The translations under genes and the position numbers were made by a program. Of a stretch of DNA of 64,000 bases, positions 38,079 to 56,525 are shown one piece after another. This DNA comes from Tubiluchus corallicola (lineage: Eukaryota > Animalia > Priapulida), in assembly GCA_030141605.1 (NCBI GenBank), contig JAQGDQ010000043.1, positions 62,001 to 126,000 on the forward strand, given 5' to 3'. The notes beneath the pieces were generated by a model. That model searched no databases and was not told where the DNA came from. It was given only the letters and a program-made list of their open reading frames with translations. How positions within the stretch are numbered: the first letter of the stretch is position 1; each line of letters starts with the position of its first letter.

Positions 38079-39443
38079 GTAAGTATTGCACCCTGCATGT
38101 TTTTTAGGGGGCTGATGCATTATCAACTTTGTAGTCCCACAAAAATTGTGCATCAAGGTCACTACAAGATATTCTCAGCCGACTTCTTGGCTCTTTAGCC
38201 AAATTATTGGCATGTAAATTGAAAGCATGAAATAATAGTTTCCACCCTTCACAAAAATAAAAATACAGACAAATGAAAACAAATATTGCAGATAGTTTTG
38301 AATGGCAGTTGGGCCAATTTTATTTGTGCATCAGCACCCATTTCTTTACCAAGGGCACCAAGGGCTGAGTTACTGCTTGTTGTTGTTTATTTGGTTATTA
38401 ATTCAAGTGCATTTACTGTTTTTCGGATATTTCTTTACTTTCTCTCACAGATCATTAAGAGAGTGTTCTTGCATTATATCGTTTCAATTTGTTTTCAGCT
38501 TATTTTGTGGTTATCTTCACATTTCTTATTTTGACATTTTATTTAGTTTAGTATAAACAGTAGCAGCTAAATTAAACATTTTCTGGTGCTAGAGGTTTGA
38601 AATCCCTGTAAGAGTAGATTGATTTAGACGAACTTAATTGCATGATGTAATGAAATTTTAAAATTAATTAAAAATAACTTTCCATTTATTTTGTGTCATC
38701 ATATCTTTCACCTGCATGCTTTGTTTTTTCTGTAAACTGTGAGTTTTTGCTATTAATGAGTGACATGTTTTATAGTATTATGAGCTGGCTTTTAGGTCAT
38801 GTAATTACATTTTTAATAGATAGATATTTCGTGATGATAAGCTGTATGTGCAATTCTGATAAGTATATATTAATTTTCATTGAATTTTGTAATTTATTAC
38901 TTAATGTTTATTATTTTTTATTGAAGAGCTAGTACTGTTTACAAAAGATTATAAGTAATAGTATCAGTGATAGTAAGTAATAAGCAAAAAGTAATAGTTC
39001 CTTGGATACAGTGGCGGGAAAAGCATGGCTGTCCCGCTCAAGGAAGTCCCATCGCCCACATTAAGCAAATTAAAACCAAAAATTGGAACAAACACGCATA
39101 ACCTAGACAATAATGCCAAGAAATAGTTCCTTAGTCTTAGAAAATAACTTATTTGTTTACTTGGTTCTGTAAACAATTCCTTGATTTTGACTTGTGTGTT
39201 TTAGTTTCTTTAACATTCATTTTAATACTAGCAACATTTTTTCTCTAGTGACTGAAAAGGATTTGTCTTCAATTCGACATAAATTGAATACGTAAAACAG
39301 AACGAACATATTATTCTCTTTATGATCAATCTTTATGTATCTTACTGTCTTTTTTATTTAAATTTTTTTTTGTTACATGGTCACAACCATTTTATGCTCT
39401 TTTTTCTTTGGCATGCTTTTGAAATAAAATTTGTGTTTTACAG

Positions 39444-42400
39444 GATACACCAGGCTTCGTAGTTAATCATTTAATCTATCCCTACATCTGCGAAGCCATG
39501 CGAATGTACGAACGAGGTAAGCTAGCGCTAACTTATGAAATGCACCTATTAAGGTATTTAGTAACAGTTCCTGATGCGCCTGTCAGTTCTTGATTGTGTT
39601 TAACGACTCAAAAGGTTATTGATTTTATGATATGTTTATGAATTCCTGGTTGTCCTCTGACGTGCTTACTAGTTGTTAACCTGTCTGATGTGACTACCAA
39701 TTTTTCATGTATTTAAACTGTATATGAGGTGCTACTGATTTTCAATTCTGTCTGATGTGCCTACCATATCTTGATTTGCGTGAGAATACTGGGCTATCTA
39801 ATTGTGCCTGATAAATATTTTGTACTGCACATAGTTTATACCATTCTGTTTGATATTTTGATGGTTAAGCGTCATATGCTTTGCCACACGGTTACAATGA
39901 AACAGTCATTTTGTGCCGGTCCATCTGGTTCTTCTAACTATAATACCTAGAAATTTGGTGATATGGAAGTGTCTTACAGGAAATGAAAAATCTTGAGAGT
40001 GACTAGTCTATGATTATAAACATAAACACATTTTTACACATAGAATTTTGACAAATCATTTTATCTAATATTATTTTTACTATGAATCTGTGACACGGCA
40101 TTGAACAACATTAACAGATGTATGGCATGGTGTTTAATCAATTTTATTTGAGCGTCACCTAATAAAGTGTAGTAGTAAAGTGTCAAATGTGAGATTTCTG
40201 CAAATACCCTACAATATGAGAAATCTTTGCACCAAGCATTGTTTATTTTACCTGTCAATGTCTACATAAAATAAACAAAGAATTCTGCTATATGTCTAAT
40301 TATTATTTTAAGATTAATCAGTGAAAAATAATTTTTCTCTTTCTGAAGCTAAGAGTCTTGCATTTGATGTTTCTTAGCTGACCGGTACTGACATTGAATT
40401 GCAAGTTAAAGTACACTACACCTAGTGTCAAAGGGGTTAATTACTGATTTTCTGTCTGTTGGTTTACTATTCTATTAAGGTAAAATTTTTGGAATTGACT
40501 TTGTAATAACATCGCAGTGTTTTCACCTCTGAATGTATTGACAACTCACTATAAAACGGGCTATATAGTATGTGTTTGCTGTGGTTTTTAGCAATCACTA
40601 CTATACTAAAATTGTCGTTTTAGCTTAAGAAAAATTTTCATGTGCTGAGTTGTGTATCAATCAAACATAGTGAGCCCACTTCAGAAAAAATTACGAGTTA
40701 GGAGATTAAAAAATATTTCCTACAAATTCAACTTATTTAATTGGCACATGTAGGTCGTTGATTTTAGTGTCAGCATTTTACGTGAATTTTTGTGTCTAAT
40801 TCGAACTTGCTGATCAAGGTATACTGATGCTGATTCTTCTGTACTTATCGTTACAACAATTTTTGAGTTGGCAAGCTGATTAGCAAACGTAGAAACTGAC
40901 AACGTAATACGTTTTACAGAGTTAAGCTGTCCCTTTTGTGACATGGAAATGATAAAAGTGATTAGTCTCATTTCAAATGGTGAAGTGTTTAACAACTTTG
41001 TAACAATTGATATTTGGTAGAATTCCCATATTGATAAGTTTACTTCCTGCATTTATATAGTTTTTCACCTGATACATTGTGATGCCTTAAAACAAAAAGA
41101 AGAACGGCAAGCAAAACATTGATTTGACTAATGAATTAGTGACAACGTTTGACCCTTGAAGAAAGAAATATTAGATATAAATACTTAAAGGTTCACAAAG
41201 CTGGAAAAGAAGCCATCTAAATGCAATTGAAACGTCTCTTTCTGAAAGGATCTTGTCACATGTATCCTTGTACAATTGCTGATGCTTTGCTTTTATACAG
41301 AATAGTGAAAAATTGATAATGAATGTACAAATTTAAGTAGTTTTGCTGTTAAAAATGAAAAGTTTATTAGTATAAGAAGTGCATGTATATCTGCGGTTTT
41401 GCACTTGCATGAATTCAGTACTCGTTTTCAGGTGAGGCAAGTATTCAGGACATTGATGATGCTATGCGCTTAGGAGCCGGTTATCCCAAAGGACCTTTCC
41501 GTCTTGCTGACCTGATTGGATTAGATTTGATCAAAAATATCGTAGATCGTGAGTATAATTATTGCTACCAAGCTATCAAAGCTTTAGATCAAGACGTGAC
41601 AGCAAATAGCATTTAGAAGGCCGAGGGAGCGCTACTGCTTTTTTGCATGTTTTGTAGCAAAATTCAGATTTTCATTACATTAGGTAAGAGGGAAAGCATG
41701 TGCATGTAACAGCCAATGCTCAGCAATACTTGAGTTTGTTTAGATGGATCCATGCATGATTATCACAAAAATTGCTTCTGGATGATTGCTTTTGTCACTA
41801 TAAATGTAGTACAGTAATCGCCGCTTAATAGACTCACTTTGGGACCGACGTGTTTAACCGAATTAACCGATGGGTGTAGTTTTACTTCTATAGAAGTATG
41901 ATTCATCAGCTTACTATGCACCGCAATGGCTTTTAACCAATTTTTGAAATGAAGTAATGCCTAAATTCATTTGTGCAGTCAAAAATTAGGAAAAAATTTT
42001 AAAATATTAATTTATATAAGTGAATTAACAATAAATTAAAAAATATACTTTTCTAAATCACCCAAGTCTGTTTATTTGCAAAAATTACAAAAATTCCTTC
42101 AAAGTTGGCTACTTCATTTTCTCGCGAAGAAGTTGGCTCACAAAGTTCTCGTAATTATAAAATGTTGAAAATCTATTGCTGTGTGATGCACGTATTTTCG
42201 TAAAACATTTAGTGCTTGGCGTGCTTGAGCATTTTCTTTGCCAAATCTTTTGCTTTGTGTCGCATTAAAGGAGCGTTCACCCGAGCATTTTTTTCTCTTG
42301 AGTTTGTAAACCACACTAGATGCTAGATTCTCATTTTGGCTTGCTGACTGCTCAGTTTCAGATCGTTTTTTCAATATTCTGCTGAGTGTACTTTGGGAAA

Positions 42401-43980
42401 TTTTCAACTGTGCTGCTGCACACCTCTACCCCATCTTTGGAAGTTTATCGTACTGCTCTAAAATTTTCAGTTTCTCCTTAACTGTTAGATCTTTACGCTT
42501 ATGCTCCATTTTTCCAACTCTATGCCCTTATTTGCTGTGTGATGTTTACTCTTGAAAGTCACAATGAATACTGGCTGATTACTGTACCTGCATCTTTGAC
42601 TATTAACTCATTAAGCCCGAAAGTGTGATTTGCAACTAGAGCATCAAAAGGAAACTGCTAGGCAAGTGATTAAATTAGCTTCCAGAAATTCCTGCAAAAT
42701 GAGGTTAATTGCAGTGGGCGAGCGGATAACAGATTCAAAGCAAAACCGCACGCTAGCGTATTAGCGCATGATAAACATACCTGTTAACAAACAAAACGGT
42801 ACTTGACATGATTGTTTCTACATATATATTGTACAAAAAGGAAGTAAAGATGACGTAAAAGTAGGAAAGGCTGTATGGGCACATACAAATGTCTTATTTT
42901 AAGTACGTGAAGGAAATATAGTGAGTCAATTAAGCAAAGTTACTTGAGTCAATTACCGATAGTTTTTATGTATATTTGAATAGAAGCGGCCCGTTCTAGG
43001 CGTTTTTGAGTCAATTAAGCGATTGAGTCTATTAACCGTGAGTCTATTAAGCGGCGACTACTGTAGTATAAATGTTTAAACATGAAAGCGTGAGTTCTTG
43101 ATGTTTATTCTTGATAAAAAGAAGATACTAGTCCTGCCATAACTACCAGCATTAGACATTGGCATTGACAGTCACACATTGGCTTGCTGAGTGTAGAATG
43201 TATAAAAGAAAAACAATTTAATTTTCCAAATTTCTTTAGCTCTTTCTACAAAATATATGTTGTCGTTGTTCCAAAAAGAGATGGTGGTTTTGTTGGCCAC
43301 TGTTTATTTAAGATTGGCATATTTGTCTTTTTTTTACAAATTGACTTAGCCTTTTTAATTTAATATAAAATATACTACTAAACTGCCACTAGATAACACT
43401 TCCACAAATTGTCCTGTCTCTTTCTTCTTTTGCTAGAAGCTAAGATTTTACACTTGTTAAACGTCTGTAGGTTTCTGTTGCACGGTATTTTATGATTTTT
43501 CCTTGAAGCATTGTGGTGCATTACCTGAGCAAGCATTTCAGATCCCTTGCATGTATTATATTAGGTCTCCTGATGTCTTAGGCTACCTTAATGCTAGTTG
43601 TTTTCTGGTGTCCTTTTGTCAAGTTAAAAATTGATGTTTTACAATTTACTGTATTGAACTAATTGTTATTTAACTGTATTCCAGCTATTTTTGGACTGAC
43701 ATGTCGACAAAGCTTTATTACTTTATGATCCAGCCGAATTTTCATGTTCAACGTGGCATAAAAGTCGGGCAACTGGGCAAACTAAACTTCATTAGTACTA
43801 TCGTCCTGTGTTATTGCCCTATGTTAAATGGCCTGTAAATTCGTGATATGTTACTGTTTAGGTTGGCATCAGCAGTTTCCAGATGATTCGAAATACAAAC
43901 CGATTCCACTGCTGGACAAAATGGTAGCGGCTGGAAAGCTTGGTCGTAAGAGCGGTGAAGGTTTCTACAGCTACATGTAA
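39444..43980 (+). CDS. HADH: HADH C-terminal cassette a (exons 6a, 7a, 8a), diverged dimerisation domain
   Basis: 39444-39516 [24 protein letters not shown]; 41432-41548 [39 protein letters not shown]; 43862-43980 [39 protein letters not shown]. All GT-AG; AATAAA at 44116-44121. Confidence 0.92.
41812..43063 (-). mobile_element. Tigger/pogo-family DNA transposon, internally deleted
   Basis: 26-bp TIRs CAGTA(A/G)TCGCCGCTTAATAGACTCAC, TA TSDs at 41810-41811 and 43064-43065; remnant HTH from the ATG at 42509: [46 protein letters not shown]. Confidence 0.92.
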
Positions 43981-45579
43981 ACCATGGAGGCAAATTTCTA
44001 TGACTATTCTTGATATGATTATGTAGTTGTTAAATGGAAATCCGGTGCATTGTTAGAATGCTTATTTTGATGACTGCAGCTGCTTTTTTGTATAAGTTAC
44101 AGATAAATGAGGATGAATAAAGTGGTTCTTAGGAAATATGATTTTTTGGAGCTTTTTCTTGGTTTAATGGTGTGTTCAAGGAGCATGTTCAAGTAGCAGC
44201 AATGAGAACAGACTATACACTTCAGCAGAATTTTGTGTAAATCAATAGCTACGATAACCATACATAATTGCATAGTTTAGAATCGAGCAGTAATTGCAAA
44301 TTTGGAATGGCAGTTAATGTACATAGTTCGTGACTTTTCAAAAACCACGAATTTATGATGCACCGAACAACTTTCCAATTTATCATGCAAATTGTTGCTG
44401 CTGCTGTTATGGACAGAAGTCCCGTCAGTTACAACGGAAAATATAAGAAAATTACTAGTAAAAGACACTGGTGTTGTTCCTGTACAGCATTGTGAAACCA
44501 AACACATTTTGCTAATAAGTGACCACTGACAACAACAAACGGAACAACGATTCCAATGATAATCATGCATAAGAATAAGCACAGTGACGTTAAGCAAAAC
44601 TTTCTGATCAGCCAGTAAGTATTTTGTACTTCGCATAGCACAAAATAGGCTTTTATTCCTAGTTTTCTGGGAGTGGAAAGGGAGGCAGTCTCTGTGTTGA
44701 GCTTGCTGTTGTTTGCTTTGTAGTGGTAGTTGTGTGTTTTTCACTGTATATATCATGTATATCACGATTCTAATGACACCTGAGCAGCTAAAAAACAAGG
44801 ATATAAAACAATACTGACATAAGTAGACAACACAGCAATACACGTAACATCTTGGTTCAGTGAAACAAGCATGCACATTGCATTGTCGTCATTGCAAACA
44901 GTCTTTAAATTCAGTGACCTTATGCTAGTCCTGTTTAGTCTTATGCACATTGTTTTCTATTGTTTTTAACATTTCATCAAAGTAGGCACAATGATACGGG
45001 TACTTTTTATTCAGCAAAATTACACACTTGGTGTTAAAACTCCATACCTGGGGTTTGTGTAATCTTATAATTAGGAGTCCTGTAGTCAGATCAACATATG
45101 CACGTTAAATTTAGGTTATAAGGACTGACGAAACAAGTGAGGGTACACATCACTATCTATGGACGTTTTGTGAAAAGCTTGCTAAACACCCGGTAGCTTC
45201 CAAGGTAATACGATTCTATAGTTTTTTTTATAAATGCTCTAGTAGTTCCAATTTGTGTTCAGAAGATTGGATGTCTCCTAACTGAATGTATTAAAACTAA
45301 GCATAAACTAAACGACTTTCATTATGATGGCAGTTGAGTCTTATATTGTTCTAGTTCTAATTCAAAAATTGTTTTTCTGCGTGTAAATTACTGTATGATG
45401 TACATCACATCTTGTCCAAGTTTTCATTTGCAAGGTCATCAGCGATGCTCAATGACCTATTGTTGCTTAGCCTTCTGTCCCCCTAGACATTAGGTTGGTT
45501 AATATTTAATAACTATGCATACAGCATATAACCAAAATTACTATAACACTTTTTCAATCACAAGTATTGAACAGCATAA

Positions 45580-49888
<4,309 letters not shown>

Positions 49889-50572
49889 ACATCTAATTCC
49901 ATCTGATTTAATTTAGTACAGCAAAATTTAAACAATGTTACCTGAAAATTGCGCATAGATCAATGTTGACGAAATTTGTGCCTAGTTTTAGAGTTTTATA
50001 TGGTGCTTGTGATCAAAAACGTTCTGGTTGAATAGTTTATTAATGTCTAATATAAAATAATAGGTAAAAACTATTATAGACTTTTATAGATATTTCTGTA
50101 AGTTATTCATTATTTTGATAACTCCTGTATTTCATAATTTTGTCTATATCAATTGACATAAGCTGTCAGTATTAATTATCACTCTGAATGGTTAATGTTT
50201 ATGGTATGGGCAACTTGTAATGATTCAAAGTGAAAAGCATTTTGTATAAATTATTTTTGTATATGGAATTCACATAATAAAATTGTGCTACTCAAACTAC
50301 AAACGTCTACTGAAAATTATTGCTCAACATGATTTAATACGTTATAAATAAAAAACAGTGAGTGGTACGATGAAAATCGCAACTTGATGCCGAATCTGTC
50401 GTAGCCATTGTTTTACTGCTATATTGGTTTCAATGTGGTTTCAAACAAACAAGACACGGATCTTTTGAGGTATATGTGTGTGTATTGCCCTACAACCTGA
50501 ATATGATGAAACATCACATTTTAAGTACATAACTAAATTTTATTCTCAGATTGATGATTTTTTGATTCTCAC

Positions 50573-51763
50573 TTAATTAGAAAGTGGATAGGCATCCTCT
50601 TCTATCGTTACTCTTCCTGCCTGTTCTTCTGTGGTATAATAGCTGTTCAGCTGTTCTTGCTGTGATATAATAGCCACTGACTGCTGATGGCACTGATCAC
50701 TGGTCAAATTGGCATTTCTTGTTTCTCTAGAAGTAGGCCTGCTTATCTGGCCAGTCCTAACAGGCCATATTTTCTTTTGGTGAAAGAGGCTGGAGATATG
50801 TTTTCTTGCCTCAGGAAAACGCCACACATAGATTATCGGATCCAGTAACGAACTGAAAAGAGGTAACATAGTTATGACCATTATCATTTTCTGCACAAAA
50901 CTATAGTTTCTGGGTTGTAGCCCCAGTTTCATCAGGGCCCTCATGCCAATGATTGCTGACAAAACAAATGGTAAATATGTTGCTGCGAACGTCGATACTA
51001 TTGTTATGATGGTGCAGGACACTTTCCTGTTCTGTTGCCGATGGCCGGTGGTCAGCGTCTTGCGGCAGTTGAGGAACATGCCAATGTGGAAGTAGAAACC
51101 AAAAGCAAGAACAATGGGCAGGCTGAGAAGGATACCAAGCTTCAACACTGTTTCTGTGTCCCAACTTGGGGCGATGCATACGAACTGGGTATAGAACTGC
51201 TGGACAGTGTCCCAGCCGGCTTCTTCAATCTCTTGGCTAAACACGACTACTTGAGCTGCCGAAGCAGCAGCAACGATCAACAACCACATGATGATGACAA
51301 TGCTGGAAGTGATTTTTATTGTCGCATGCTGTCTGTAAGTAATCGGACAGACTATGGCAATCCATCGGTCAAAACCAATCAACATGATGCTGCAAGGTTC
51401 TGCCAGAATAACGCAGAGTTGCAAGAAGAAGCGGATAAAGCAAGATTCCAGCGACCTTGGCACAATGCTGGTGTAGATGAGGAAGTAAGCTACAACAGAA
51501 TTTATACCCTGAAGGGTGTCTGCGACTGACAGGTTCAGAAGAAACACAATAGATGATGTTAAGGATTTCCAGTTCGATAGCAGAGCCACCATGACGATAA
51601 GGTTTATGATCAAAGACAAAAGTCCACCGATGAGTGATATGTAGTATGTAACGCTGGCGACAATGCTTGAGAGACCTTTTTCTTGCATTTCGAAATAAAA
51701 TGGCCAGAAGGCTATCTGAGCGGTGATGTTTCCTCGACCTCGTACCAAAGCTGGTCCAGGCAT
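50573..51763 (-). CDS. Intronless class A (rhodopsin-family) GPCR, orphan, GPR119/adenosine/melanocortin-like group
   Basis: Seven hydrophobic segments; TM1 N, LSVAD, DRW, TM4 W, TYLPF, DPIIY; NIT sequon in the N-terminus; first ATG at 51763 (alternative 51688). Confidence 0.9.
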   Translation of the reverse strand: MPGPALVRGRGNITAQIAFWPFYFEMQEKGLSSIVASVTYYISLIGGLLSLIINLIVMVALLSNWKSLTSSIVFLLNLSVADTLQGINSVVAYFLIYTSIVPRSLESCFIRFFLQLCVILAEPCSIMLIGFDRWIAIVCPITYRQHATIKITSSIVIIMWLLIVAAASAAQVVVFSQEIEEAGWDTVQQFYTQFVCIAPSWDTETVLKLGILLSLPIVLAFGFYFHIGMFLNCRKTLTTGHRQQNRKVSCTIITIVSTFAATYLPFVLSAIIGMRALMKLGLQPRNYSFVQKMIMVITMLPLFSSLLDPIIYVWRFPEARKHISSLFHQKKIWPVRTGQISRPTSRETRNANLTSDQCHQQSVAIISQQEQLNSYYTTEEQAGRVTIEEDAYPLSN

Positions 51764-53537
51764 AATGTTGTTTTTACACTGTCCCACTTGTTGAAACCTC
51801 GATGAAACTTTATTGGATAACGGTTATACTAACGTGTTTTTGAAAGCTATTTAGGAATTTATTATTATACGGATTATTTTGGAAAGGTACTATCGGTGTT
51901 ATTTTTGCGAGCCATTTTCTGCCGTTAACTTACAGTTTCGAGTTGATTTTGCTCTTTGTTACAAATACAGATAGCCAAACTCACTGATAGAATTTAGCTT
52001 GCAGAATCTGCCTGATGGTCACGCACTTAGATGATTCACATGTTCAACAAACTGAAATGTAGTAAAATCGTCCTTGAAGCTAACTGCCACCAGGAGAAGA
52101 TTGCAGATGTCTGTACACCTAGTTATAGTGTTTTATGTTACAGCTCATGTCTTTTCAAAGCACAAACTAAGTTGAACATAATAGCATATTTAGAAAAGCG
52201 CAAACCTTCACCGAAATATAGGCAAGTAGATAAAAAGTTACCACTTTGCTGGGCTACAAATCAGTATCGCAGTGCTGCAGAGTTTTGTTACGTTACGAAT
52301 ACAACTGCATAATCCAGACAAGCGTAAATAATGAGAACACTAATTTGGTCAATGAAGAAGCCATCTGTATTTAGAGCATGCAAACATGGACAGAGCTCTA
52401 CAATATCTATTGTTTAAATAAGTGAGAATGTAATCATGACGAACGATATTAAACAAACAGCTGACGTTTGAATAGTGGTCTGGTTACAATATTAGCGAGA
52501 GTATTTGCCGCCGAGCTATTGTGTTCCAAATTTGACGCTCAGATTAAAGTGTGACGACGTTCACATGAACGCATTTATGTGGGTGATTAAAAGTAAGCTT
52601 TTAATTGTTATATCCAAACGACTATACTTTGGCATTTCACCATGTGCATGTATTCATAGCAGCCATTGACTTAATCAGAAATATTAGCTTTATTTTTACG
52701 TAGTCTCTTGGTTAACATTGGCTGTCCAGTGTAATTACGCGTATAATGCATTTCTCAATAACAAGTTGGGCCACGTGACTGCAGCGTTGTTGTGTGGCAC
52801 AAGATAAAAATTAAGCCATTCACGACATTTTGTTGCTTTGCACCAATGCAAAATCGTGTTTCCACATTAAACGGCTATGCACGTAGTTCTGATGCTAGAT
52901 CATGGATTATTTCAGAGAAAAGTTGCCCGGCCCCGGTACCACTCAGCATAAAACTCGCAGTCGCCCTCTCTCTTTCGTTTTGTTCAATATGACATAAGCC
53001 TAATCATTCTCTTATCCACCTTTCACTCATTCATTCATTCTGTTTCTCATTGAATATTTAATGAAAAATTATGCACTCAGAAAACACCAATTTATAAAAT
53101 AGGGATGGATAGATGATAGGCCTATATGATTGGCTATATCATGTATCTGTCATAGGTACAAATTCAACCAACATGCACACACAGAGTACCTTACACCCCA
53201 AACAAAGAAACTACACCCTAAGCACAGTACCTGCAGATATCCCCCCCCCCCACCAGTAAGAAGTAAATACGCAGCACTGAAAACAGAAGAAACGTAGACG
53301 CTAAATATTTAAATTCAACAAATTTTAAAATTTTATTTATTTAGGCAATGGATTATTGTAGCTGTAACAAGTCTCGCTGATCACCGACACAGTTCTGTAG
53401 AATATTCTGTGTAGTATCTACTTAAAGTAAAAATCTTACAGAAAGTAAAAATTTTGTGTATTCTTTTACATATTTTTTGTAAGCCAACAGCGTGTGAAGT
53501 GTTGTATTTAAAGAAGAAAGAGTCGGAAGAGAGCAGA

Positions 53538-53600
53538 TGGAGAGAGAGAGAGAGAGCGAGAGGGAGAGAAAAAGAGAGGGAGTGAGTGAGAGAAAGAGAA
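53538..53600. repeat. GA-rich microsatellite
   Basis: Imperfect (GA)n. Confidence 0.8.
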
Positions 53601-54473
53601 GGGATATTAGTCCTAATATTTATTGATTTGCACACTTATTTCTCATTGTCTATATATTTTAATTGTATCATGTAGTAAATGTTTGCTTTTATGTGGCCAT
53701 TTGGACCGAAATAAAATGATATTAATAATCACTATCTTTATTCATCATTGTCACTACCATAGCTGTATGCTGTCACTTATATCACACTGTATAATCATTA
53801 TTGCACACAAAATTATACACAGTAATTCCTATAAATAAGGTGGACGATAATTTGTTGTTGGTAAATTGTTTAGTAAATATTAACTTGAGTAACTACCGTT
53901 ACTGTATTTCTAAACTATCGATCAATTATTTTATTATTCTTGAAATGTAATACTATTAATGACAGTAGTATTTATCGAATTACGACAACTCCAGATGTGC
54001 CGTAAAGTTCGTGCGGCTACGACAAAATTTTGTTTAATGAATCCCGTCTTAAGCAGCTAAGTACTCGCAAAGTTAGGCGAAACTAAATGCAACTGAAGAC
54101 GTCTAACTTTCTTGGTCACGCAGAAGCTAGTCGCCACTAACGCGCAACTAAGGAGATAATGTATTAGTATTGTATAAGTTTTCTTATGTTAATTTTGAAT
54201 GTTTTCAGTTGTTGTGTATTGTGTAGTTGTATAATTTGTAGATGTTGCATGGGTTTTTATTTACGTGTATAAATGCTATTTTTGGTTTTGTTTTGCAATG
54301 TTAGAATTTTGTGAGTGTTAAAATTAAGTAGAAATTAATTAATGATTGTTAATTTTAAAGTAGATTTAGTATAGACGTTATTGAATTCATCAGTCCTCCA
54401 ACTGATTGTACACAAAAAATTTATGTATATGTATTTTGTACAGTACAGTTTGTGTACATTAATTGCAACAAAG

Positions 54474-54531
<58 letters not shown>
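54474..54531. repeat. (TTA)n microsatellite
   Basis: About 19 perfect units. Confidence 0.95.
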
Positions 54532-54533
<2 letters not shown>

Positions 54534-55072
54534 CAAGACGTCTACATGAAGTAGGTATAAATGTCTCCGCGCGCCTAAACTCCACTTAGGACAATGAAAC
54601 TGTCGTAAGTGCAGTACATGAATCGGCCCTTGTACTGTGTTGACCCCGCATTTTCCTGAAGATGTTTGAAGAACAAAACGAGACGTCGAAATTTTGATGG
54701 TCTTTATTTTCATTTATTGCTGAATTCTGCGTTTATGTAGTTTGTGACTAACTTAAGTGATTTATAATTATGTGTTTAGATATTTTCAGCAATAGCATAA
54801 AAAACCTTTATGGCAGGCCTGGGACACATTCTAAAATTTAATCACTCTACTATCACCTTTTAACTATGCTCGTTCACACTGAACTGAACTGAACACATAG
54901 ATAAATCTATTATAATATTGCCCGATCGAGCTCAGTAGTATTCGTGAAGTTTTCCGCGGAACATAGACGGCGGCACCATGCTGCGCATACGATTTTTCGT
55001 TCTCGACTTTTATTGGCTGTCCTATATCCACCAGGCAAAGTCAATCGGCAAATTAACCAAACAATAACAATC

Positions 55073-55219
55073 ATGGCGTCAATGGTTGATGCTCTGATTA
55101 GATTACAGAGAAGTGATAGTCATGGTTTTGGGTTTTCCATCATCGGCGGCGCAGGTTCAGAACTTCCACCAGTTATCTGTGATATCGTCGAAAACTCCCC
55201 TGCAGCTTTCTGTGAAGAG
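55073..55219 (+). CDS. First coding exon of a PDZ-domain protein (gene continues beyond recognisable sequence)
   Basis: MASMVDALIRLQRSDSHGFGFSIIGGAGSELPPVICDIVENSPAAFCEE|gtttgt: PDZ GFGF loop and SPAA motif; CpG-rich sequence upstream. No second exon recognised in the window. Confidence 0.8.
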
Positions 55220-55499
55220 GTTTGTAGCATAGCTAAAATAAATGTATTTTTGTTGCGCGTGTTTCATACATGTTTAGTGCCGGTAATATGTGTTTAATTG
55301 AGTATTTATGTACTGCACATTGCAAATGCTATTTTGGGTAAACAGCACTTGTTTCCTTTCTACTCATCAAGCGTAATATTTTTCCTATCTAGTTTGTAGG
55401 GCGACTTATTATGTAAGCCAATTAAAATTTAAAGAAAAACATCTGAACTGCCTTAATTTGTTTGCCTTATTGGTGCTTTAGTCTAGTTCTTTCATGATC

Positions 55500-55765
55500 A
55501 TTTGGGCAGTGGATGTTTGGGAGGAGGGCATTTGGCAATGGTGATTTGGGCAGTAGGACAATTGGGCAATGGACATTTGGTTGTCGACTTTATGCAGCAG
55601 AACTCTTGGGCATTGGACATGGACATCTTTGTGCACGACTTTTGAATGGAAGCAAACAAGTTTAGATACTGGTTAGTTTGGATGGTTATAAAGCACTTAG
55701 GCAGTGGACACTCTGCAGCGACACTTGGGCAGTGGACACTAGGATAATAGACATTTGGGCAGCGG
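55500..55765. repeat. Degenerate 20-bp repeats (tttgggcagtggaca) with inverted copies at about 56080-56120
   Basis: Read directly; resembles subterminal repeats of a decayed non-autonomous transposon. Confidence 0.55.
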
Positions 55766-56493
55766 AACCCAAAGCCCATTCTCCTTGTATTTGGCCAGCA
55801 CATCCTGTCATTTGGTTACCTAAGAATGTTTGGTGCAACAAATGCAAATAATATAAATAATATAACTATTATATAATGAATGTGTGAAAAATTATAATTA
55901 TAAAATTTGTTTGTACATTTACAAAAATAAATACTCCGTATAGCAATGGGGTTGCCAATAACAAAGTCATTAAAAAAATTATAATCATTATTGATAACAT
56001 GTACGCCTTTGGTTGACTGTAAAATTTTGAGGCCTGGACAGGTAGGTACAGTGGTAGGTGCTGCTTAAAGTCCAGGAGGCATTGCCCAAGTGCACACTGC
56101 CAAAATGTTTACTGTCCAAGTGGATAACTTTGACATAAGAAAGTTAGAAACCGGACATGGGATACAGTATGTTTGAACATTTTCAAGTTTAGGCAAATGG
56201 CATACGGCTCAGAAGTAGCATACATAGGAAAGTTGTATCTCCCAGACGTCAACAGGCCATGGCTTTGGTTATAAGCAAATGTGGAATGGTTGTTGTAATA
56301 AATGTATTTTTCTATTACTTAGTCTTTGTTACAGTGGTTATTTTAGAGCAAGAATACGTGTATTGTCTATAACCCATTTTCGTCTTCTCAGCTGGCAACA
56401 GAAATTATTGCAAGCAAGTCTTCGAGAAGCTTTTTCGATTAAGCTTAGTTCTGTATTATTATTGTTGTTGCTGTTGTTGCTGGTTTTGTTATT

Positions 56494-56525
<32 letters not shown>

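Noticed and set aside
44277-44876. 199-aa minus-strand ORF between the HADH cassettes
   Set aside because: No recognisable domain, and its composition is typical of non-coding sequence.
50901-51529. ORFs overlapping the GPCR (also those overlapping the rhodanese and TCF last exon)
   Set aside because: Shadow frames of real coding sequence.
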